The notes under the pieces are model-generated. The model ran no database searches. It was given only the letters and a program-made list of their open reading frames with translations, and was not told where the DNA came from. A DNA stretch of 64,000 nucleotides from Octopus vulgaris (Eukaryota), in NCBI GenBank assembly GCA_951406725.2, contig OX597819.1, forward strand, positions 62,310,001 through 62,374,000, in the 5' to 3' direction. A program made the position numbers and the translations under genes. Below are positions 55,331 to 64,000 of the stretch, one piece after another. Position 1 is the first letter of the stretch. Each line of letters starts with the position of its first letter.

Positions 55331-56535
55331 ACAGATATGACAGAAGTAAATAGACACACTTATAATCATTAAAATTTATCTAAATCTGAAATTATACATT
55401 CAAAATATTTATTAATTGTTATAATGTGAATGTTTAATATTTAGTAGACATGCCCGATGTATTTTTCAATGCAAGGACACTATTAGGAATGTTACTGATC
55501 AGATAAATATTCTCTTGCGGAATATCTTGCCAAGTTTCATGCAGTAATCTCAAAACACATGACTTTGAAGATGCTTCCTTGTGCTTTTTATGAAGTGTCC
55601 TGTCCATTATGTCCCAGAGGTGTTCAATAGGGTTCATATCTGATGACTGGCTTGCCCATGGAAGCTTTTTAATGCCATTCTCATCCAACAAATCTTGGGT
55701 CATTTTAGCCGTGTGACAAGGGGCCCAATCTTCCATAAATAAAGGGTCTTTAATCATTTCACCTTTGGAGAAGACTGGAAGGAGTCCTTTCTGAAATATG
55801 AACACATATGTATCTGAGTTTATGTTTACCCCACACTCCACCAGCTCTAATCAAACATTGTTCCACATTGCTCCCCAGGCCATCACAGAATAGCCGTCGT
55901 GTTTCATTGTTGGCTGCAATCTTTTCACATTAAGTTCTGCTTCGCAGAGTCTCCAGACTCACACTCGAACACTGTCAGGAAATACAGAGAATATGACAGT
56001 GTCCCAAAATGCTAGTGGCCTCTTCACCATCTCACTGGCTGAATCTTTTCTCCGCTTGATGTTGGCTGGTCGAAGAAATGGCTTCCTTCTTGCTGTTCTG
56101 CTATAGTAACCAAGTTTGTGGAGATACTTGACTGCTGTTCTGGGACTGACATCAACTTGTTCTGCTATGTCAGAGGCCTTGCAACGAGGATTATCCTCTA
56201 CACTTCTCTTAACAAAGAGAAGGATCCTGTCAGAGGGCCCTGGTTGATCTGGACGAGGTGATGTGGACTTGTTCCTCTCTCTGATGAATTTCACAATCAC
56301 TCTATTAACTGAAGAAAGCGGGATCCCAAGGTTTCCTACGGTTTTACGCTCACTATGTCCATCTTCAGAATGACCAACAATACGGTTTTTTTCAGACAAT
56401 TCCAACGCTTCTTTTGTACATGTCATGATTAAACAGTCACATACAGAACCGGAAACAAAAATGTCAATTAATAAAAGATATAAATCTTTGCAAGTTAGAA
56501 TATAAAACGATGCTTTATGGGGTGTCTATTTACTG
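55331..56535 (-). mobile_element. Degenerate Tc1 element (third family)
   Basis: ORFs 55959-56426 (HTH region, ARRKPFL) and 55434-55841 (FMEDWAPCH, WASQSSDMNPIEHLW). Residual TIR AGTAAATAGACAC / GTGTCTATTTACT. Confidence 0.85.
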
Positions 56536-57633
56536 TATGTATGTATGTATGTATGTATGTATGTATGTATGTATGTATGTATGTATGTATGTATGTATGT
56601 ATGTATGTATGTATGCATGCCTGCATGCATGCATGTATGTATGTATGTATGTATGTATGTATGTATGCATGCATGCATGCATGTATGTATGTATGTATGT
56701 ATGTATGTATATATACAGTATATATGTATATATGCATGCATATATATACATGCATATATATATGATTACATACATACGTACATATGTGAATTTGTCTATG
56801 CTAACTACATCCCAAAGATGGAGCTTTGTATCTTTGTTGGAAACCGGCTCTTTCCTCAGTGGAAGATATATAATAATTAAAAATAGAAGACACATACAAA
56901 CATACATACATACATACATACATCTATATAGGTGTGTGTATATATATAATCACACATACACTCATATTGATAATCGTCTGATCATCATATAAAGCAGCTC
57001 TTTATAACATAAACATGTCGGCCTTTTAGACGTAGATATTTATTAAATATCTCAACACGGCAACTGGGTGGTCTGAAATAAACTTGTATGCAGTCTTTTT
57101 TTTTTATAAATTAGTTGTACGAACTATAATACAATTGCTATAAGTCGTATCAATAACATATTAACATCTTGGAATAGTATTTGATGCTTTTATCGTGATT
57201 TATTTATACCTCCTCTTTGGTATTTCATAACACCTGTTGATGGAAGCCATTTTTAGTGGTTAGTTTTCCTATTACAGCTTTACTGCATATCTATCTTTTC
57301 CCAGGAGAATGTATATTCTTTATATCCATTACAAAATCCAGATATATGTCTGCACTTGTGTTTTGTGTATGCGCATGCGTATGTGATAATATGGTTATGT
57401 GCGTATGTATGTATGTATGTATGTATGTATGTATGTATGTATGTATGTATGTATGTATGTATATATGTATGTATGTATGTATCTCTCTCTCTCTGCTTGT
57501 ATATGTATGTATATACGTCTGCATGTATATATGAATATATTCATGTTTCTTCAGGATTTGAATTCTGTTGCAGAATTCAAGCCACTCACTAAGTGGCAAG
57601 ACACTTTTGTTTAAATTAAGTTAGCTCATGTGG

Positions 57634-57904
<271 letters not shown>

Positions 57905-58200
57905 CTGCCACGTGTGGGACGATCCGCCTGTCGACTGAGTTTATCGTGAAAATTGCTCCGCCCCCTTCCCTCAATCGGGAAGGCAAGTCAGTTTTCATCG
58001 TACAGGTGGCCATGGTGAAAGAATGTGTGTGGTGGACTCGAGCCAAAGGATTAGAGACAAACACTTACCTCTCTGGATAATCGCTCATCAACTTTTTCAA
58101 GTACCACTTGAAAAGGAAGGTGAGAATGGAGAGGCAGGTTTTGTCTCGTGAAAGTTTCAAAAAAAGGTGGGTGAATGTAGCAAAGACGAAACCACTTTGA
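57905..58200 (+). mobile_element. Tx1/L1-like LINE 3' fragment
   Basis: [21 protein letters not shown]...[15 protein letters not shown], homologous to 6085-6390. Confidence 0.6.
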
Positions 58201-59298
58201 GCATGATCCTGTAAATCGTAAAAGAGAGAGAGAGAGAGCACTTTGCTCTCATGTGTTTATTTCCTTCCTGCCTGAGGTTACCGTTGTCTTTTCTGTAGGC
58301 TTTTCTTTCCACGGATGAACCTAATCTTGTTTCTTACTTTAAAAAAATTTCTTTCTGTGATACACGATCCCTTTTGATCGCCTTTTTTTACGATCCCTTT
58401 TGATCGGAATTTTATATTTGTTTCCTTTTTTTCTCTTTTTCTTTTTTTTTATCTTCGAAAAGAAAAGCTCTACATTTGTATTTGTTCCCGCTGTGTTCAG
58501 CCCTGTGTGGCCAATAGTATGTATGTATGTATGTATGTATGTATGTATGTATGTATGTATGTATGTATGTATGTATGTATGTATGTTTGTTTGCATGTAT
58601 GTATGTATGTATGTATGTATGTATGTATGTATGTATGTATGTATGTATGTATGTATGTATGTATGTATGTATGTCTCTGTCTGTCTGTTTCTCTCTCTGT
58701 ATATGCATATATATAGCCGCAAGCGTGGCTGTGTGGTAATAAGCTTGCTTCCCAACCACATGATTTAGGCTTCATTCCCTCTGTGTGACATCTTGCGTGT
58801 GTTTTTCTATAGCCTCGAGTCAACCAAATCCTTGTGAGTGGATTTCGCGGCCGGAAACAGAAAGAAGCCCGTCGTACTAAAGGAATTTGAGCCAAACTGT
58901 TTGATCCACACACACACATATATGTATATATATATATATATATAACATAAGGGACTAAAGCCATCTGAATATGGCTAGGGACAGGGCAGGGTGGTGGGGG
59001 TGTTACTGTTGCATTTAGCCCCAGGCGAACATCGACGTCACCAGAAAGGCCCGACACCGTCACGGTGTCCTTTAACCTGCAAAGGGAGGTAATTCCCCGA
59101 TGAAGCGGAAACCACACACGGACCATGGTTTCAAGGTGTATTGCCTATCGTCGGCGTGTGGTAGGCTTCCGCTTCCTGGACGAATTCTCACTCTGCAGGA
59201 TATTCATATATAGATTTTCAAGCAAAATACATTTGCTGATTTCGAAAATCTGTTCGAAAGCAATAATAATTCTCTACACACACTTACACACACACACA

Positions 59299-59395
<97 letters not shown>

Positions 59396-59653
59396 CTGTG
59401 TGTGTCCTGTCTCTTTGTGCCTGTATTTGTTCCTCACCACCACTTGACAACTGGTGTTGGTGTGCTTAGGTCCCCGTAACTAGCGGTTGGGCATAAGAAA
59501 CCGATAGAATAGGTACGAGGCCTAACAAAAAAATACGTACTGAGATCTATTCATTCGACTAAAAAATTTTGAAGGCGATGCTGCAGTATGAACTCAGTCC
59601 ATTGAGAGAAACAAGTAAACGATATACATATATAGGTTAATATATTAACCCCC

Positions 59654-61589
59654 ATATGGTTAATATAGGGCGTAACAAATATCAGAAAATCAAAAAAAAA
59701 TGTGTGTAATAGGTGTAAAACAACTTCCTATGAACGAATATGAAAAAAGAAATTCGCGCACGCGAAAGGGGGTGGGGGAGAGGCCTCGGAAAATTCACAT
59801 CGGGAAGTTCCGAAAGCGTCTGAGGGGCTGACCCGGGCACCAAAACAAAAAAAAATAGTGTAATATGTGTAAAACAACTTGCTCTAAACGAATATGAAAA
59901 CAAAAATGCGCTCTCGAGAAAGAGGGGTGGAGGAGAGGCCTCGGAATATTTATATCGGGAATTTCCGAAAGCGTCTGAACCGGGCACAAAAACAAAAACA
60001 AAAACAGCGTAATAGGTGTAAAACAACTTGCTCTAAACGACTATCATGAAAAAAATGCGCGCTCGCGAAAGGGGGTGGGGGAGAGGCTTCGGAAATTTCA
60101 CATCTTCAGTCCACGGCCTTTAAACTAAGAAAAAATAGTGTAATTGGTGTAAAACTACTTGTTCTAAACGAGTATCAAGAACACACACTCACACATGAAT
60201 CATAAACTCCGTATTTCGCAAAAAAAAAAAAAAATAAAGAGAAGAAATTCTGGAAAAAGTGAAGAAATGTTGGATCTCATTCCTTGGTTAAAGCTATTTT
60301 AAACATTAAATTTAAGCTTTTCTTTGAAATAGTTCAGATATATGCAATTCTTCTCACTTATTAAGATGCATTTATCAGAAAAAAAGAGACAGAAAAAATT
60401 ATTATTTTGTGTCAATCCTTCCCTAATTATCCTTTATTAATTAGTTTTGGCGTGTATTTTTTTCCCAAATTTATTTTTTCACCTTTACAACACTGTTTAG
60501 TAAAGCAATTAATTATCTTTATAATTTGCATATTTGACTTATTAATCAAAATTCTCTAGATGTAATATATACTAAGTAATGCATCCTTCATTTATGTGTT
60601 CCGTTCTGTATTATGCATGCGTGACTGTTTGTATGTAAGTGTGTTTAACTGTGCACATGAATGTGAATATTAAAGAACATATTTATTTACTATGATTGTT
60701 ATTTTCAGAACAAATAAATCTTTTGGCTGTTATGTTATTGATGTTATTATTATTGCTAGTTAAAGGGTGGTGACTTGGCTGAATATTTTGAGTCTTGTAG
60801 TATGTAGTTGTGTTAGTCAATATTCTGAGTTCAAATCCAACTCATTTCTTTATCATCATTATCGATGGACCACTCAAAGAGGTATGTATACATTATCATT
60901 TTCGTAACATAATTTCTGTAGTATTTCAAGATGTTTCTGACACGTATTTTGATTCACATGGCGGAGATCCAACATTTCTTCACTTTTTCCAGAATTTCTT
61001 CTCTTTATTTTCTTTTTTTGCGAAATACGGAGTTTATGATTCATGTGTGAGTGTGTGTTCTTGATACTCGTTTAGAACAAGTAGTTTTACACCAATTACA
61101 CTATTTTTTCTTAGTTTAAAGGCCGTGGACTGAAGATGTGAAATTTCCGAAGCCTCTCCCCCACCCCCCTTTCGCGAGCGCGCATTTTTTTCATGATAGT
61201 CGTTTAGAGCAAGTTGTTTTACACCTATTACGCTGTTTTTGTTTTTGTTTTTGTGCCCGGTTCAGACGCTTTCGGAAATTCCCGATAAAAATATTCCGAG
61301 GCCTCTCCTCCACCCCTCTTTCTCGAGAGCGCATTTTTTTTTTCATATTCGTTTAGAGCAAGTTGTTTTACACATATTACACTATTTCTTTTTTGTTTTG
61401 GTGCCCGGGTCAGCCCCTCAGACGCTTTCGGAACTTCCCGATGTGAATTTTCCGAGGCCTCTCCCCCACCCCCTTTCGCGTGCGCGAATTTCTTTTTTCA
61501 TATTCGTTCATAGGAAGTTGTTTTACACCTATTACACACATTTTTTTTTTGATTTTCTGATATTTGTTACGCCCTATATTAACCCATAT
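59654..61589. mobile_element. Foldback-type element with ~625-bp near-identical inverted arms (59654-60278, 60964-61589)
   Basis: The arms are reverse complements with few differences. Each is built of ~150-bp subunits (GTAATAGGTGTAAAACAACTT...GGGGTGG.GGAGAGGC.TCGGAA). AT-rich ~685-bp spacer. Confidence 0.9.
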
Positions 61590-61725
61590 ATACTTGTATT
61601 TATGTTGAAGTTGAAGCTTCAAACACTTGACTCTGAGAATGAAGAAAGCGTAAAACAAAAAAAAATTAGATATAGCACCCGATGTCCCTGAGGTGGGTTT
61701 CTTTTTCATATCTATGCGGTTGTTA

Positions 61726-62512
61726 AGGCGGCGAGCAGGCAGAAATGTTTAGCGGTATTTCATCTGCCGCTACGTTCTGAGTTCAAATTCCGCCGTGTTC
61801 GACTTTGCCTTTCATCTATTTTGGGTCGATTAAAGAAGTACCAGTTACGCACTGGGGTCGATATAATCGACTTAATCCGTTTGTCTGTCCTTGTTTGTTC
61901 TCTCTGTGTTCAGCCCCTTGTGGGTAGTAAAGAAATTGGTATTTCGTCTGCCGTTACGTTCTGAGTTCAAATTCCGCCGAGATCAACTTTGCTATTCATC
62001 ATTTGGGGATTAATAAGTTAAGTACCAGTTGCGTAATGAGGTCGATCTAACCGACTGGCTATCTCCTCCAAAATTTAGAAGTAGAAGGCGGCGGCGTGTT
62101 GATAGAAACGTTAGCACGCCGGGCGAAATGCTTAGCGGTATTTCGTCTGATGTTACGTTCTGAGTTCAAATTCAGCCAAGGTATACTTTGCCTTTCATCC
62201 TTTCTGGAGTCGATAAATTAAATACTAGTTGCTTACTGAGGTCGATCTAATCGACTGGCCCTCTTCCCCAAATTTTCGAGTATTGTGCCTAGAATAAAAA
62301 AAAAGCAACGTGTTGGCAGAATCGTTAGCACGCCGGGCAAATGCTTAGCGGTATTTCGACGGTCTTTACGTTCAGAGTTCAAATTCCGCCGAGGTCGAGT
62401 TTGCCTTTCATCCGTTCGGGGGTCGTAAATTAAGTACCAGTTGCGTACTATGGTCGATTTAATCGACTGGCCCCTCCCCTAAAACTTCGGGTCTTGTGCC
62501 TAGAGTAGAAAA
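61726..62512 (+). mobile_element. Head-to-tail run of about four family B SINE units
   Basis: Repeated GGTATTTCGTCTG...TACGTTCTGAGTTCAAATTC.GCCGAGGTCGACTTTGCCTTTCATCC. Another copy lies at about 63130-63335. Confidence 0.8.
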
Positions 62513-62562
62513 TAATATCTGTACGGTTGTTAGTATAAATATTGACAATATGTTCTACTTGC

Positions 62563-62753
62563 CACAGCCTGACTCGGTCTTCAGGAATCCTACTTCACAC
62601 AAATATGTCAACTCTGGGTTGCCCTCAGATACGGCAGGTCCATAACTGGATTGTCCAACCACAATTCGGAATTGAGTATTTGTTAAAGCAACGACTGTAC
62701 GATTAACAGTCTTCCATAGTTCTGCTGTACCATTTACTCTTTCAACTGTATTC
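62563..62753 (-). CDS. Probable host-gene exon (extracellular segment ending in a Cys pair)
   Basis: Acceptor TATTTCCAG. Open frame NTVERVNGTAELWKTVNRTVVALTNTQFRIVVGQSSYGPAVSEGNPELTYLCEVGFLKTESGC with two N-glycosylation sequons. Ends G|GCAAGT, phase 1, compatible with the FN3 exon. Confidence 0.62.
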
Positions 62754-62808
62754 CTGGAAATACATACATATATTTACATACATTTGCATACATACATACA
62801 TACATACA

Positions 62809-62839
<31 letters not shown>

Positions 62840-63674
62840 GTATACGAGTTATAACCTCAGCGTCTGCTTTATAAAGCCCGTCCACGAGTATCGGTTATCC
62901 GATACTCTCATCGAACGAAAATGTATCGCTTCACTATTGATATATCTGAAAATTCATAAATATCCGGTGAGTTTATATAAACAGTAACATTATATACTAT
63001 CCCAGCAATAGATTCCTCGTAAAGCGGCGATGAAACAGTTATAGAATTCAAGTTCTATATTTGAGAGATGAGGAATTATGTACATTATTTACATTTGATG
63101 GATATTTGTTCTCATCTTGTTTGTTACTGGAACAATCGTTGGCACGCCGGGTGAAATGCTTAGCAGTATTTCGTCTGCCGTTACATTCTGGGTTCAAATT
63201 CCACCGAGGTTAACTTTGCCTTTCATCCTTTCGGGGTCGATTAAATAAGCACCAGTTACGCACTAGGATCGATGTAATCGACTTAATCCCTTTGTCTGTC
63301 CTTGTTTGTACCTTCTATATTGGGCAATGAAGAAATGAATATATGTCACCGGCATTATTGAGGTAAGGAAAAATTATCAACGACACCACTAATTTGCAAT
63401 TAGTTTAACTATTTTTATTTTCATTTTTATTTTTTAAATTAAAACTTTTATTTCAATTCAATAATAATAATAATCATAATTCAATCACAAAAATGAAAAA
63501 AATTGAAATAATATTTAGAAATTTACTAAATTTATTATTCAATTTTCAATAAGGTAAAATCTTAAATTATTAATTGACACATTATTAATTAGCATAATAG
63601 CTTACCCTGGAAAAAACATGGATTACATGGAAAAATGCGAGCAAGACAAATAATATTCTTAAGATTACAAATCT

Positions 63675-63750
63675 GGAAAAGTAAAGGACAAGTTATTACA
63701 CGTGGAAAAGTTCAGGACAAGTTATTACATCTGGTAAAGTACAGAACAAG
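63675..63750. repeat. 29-bp minisatellite, about 2.6 copies
   Basis: GGAAAAGTAAAGGACAAGTTATTACACGT / GGAAAAGTTCAGGACAAGTTATTACATCT / GGTAAAGTACAGAACAAG. Confidence 0.7.
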
Positions 63751-64000
63751 AAAATTTTTACTTCAAATATTGCAGCTAAGGATAAAATTTGAATATTAAA
63801 AATTATTTCATTTTAATTTACAAAGTAACATTATAATTAAAAAGGCAGCATCATTTAAAAAAAATATTGCCGCACTACAATACTTTGAAAATGAGTCAGA
63901 AGTACCAATACCGCTAAAGTTTTATGCAAAGCAGAATAGTATATATGGTAGACAAATTAATTATGTAAAAAAAGGCATCGAGTCAACTCTAAAAATGTGA

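Noticed and set aside
61726-62512. Repeat-spacer appearance suggesting a CRISPR array
   Set aside because: Units are ~190-bp SINE copies without unique spacers, in eukaryotic context with no cas genes.
63598-63618. TTTTTTCCAG-G-GTAAGC on the minus strand (micro-exon or recursive splice site)
   Set aside because: No compatible open frame upstream, and it cannot be assessed without RNA data.

Overview
AT-rich, extremely repeat-dense eukaryotic DNA, not prokaryotic. The tRNA-derived SINE families and the microsatellite load point to a coleoid cephalopod, probably Octopus (inference). Most ORF-track entries are artefacts of (TA)n, (CA)n, (TACA)n, (TCTA)n and trinucleotide runs. Supportable content: (1) three phase-compatible minus-strand exons (62563-62753, 45780-46118, 41858-42015) of a single-pass membrane protein with an FN3-like domain, the first ending at an apparent GC donor; (2) a structurally complete Buster-type hAT transposon (37371-39722) with TIRs, an 8-bp TSD and an unbroken 588-aa transposase; (3) several decayed Tc1/mariner elements, non-autonomous Helitrons, a Helentron-type element, MITEs and a ~1.9-kb foldback element with ~625-bp arms; (4) Penelope, CR1-like, RTE, Tx1-like and R4/Dong-like retroelement fragments; (5) many SINEs. 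Scattered Penelope-type minimal hammerhead ribozyme motifs occur, several near near-perfect fold-back palindromes.
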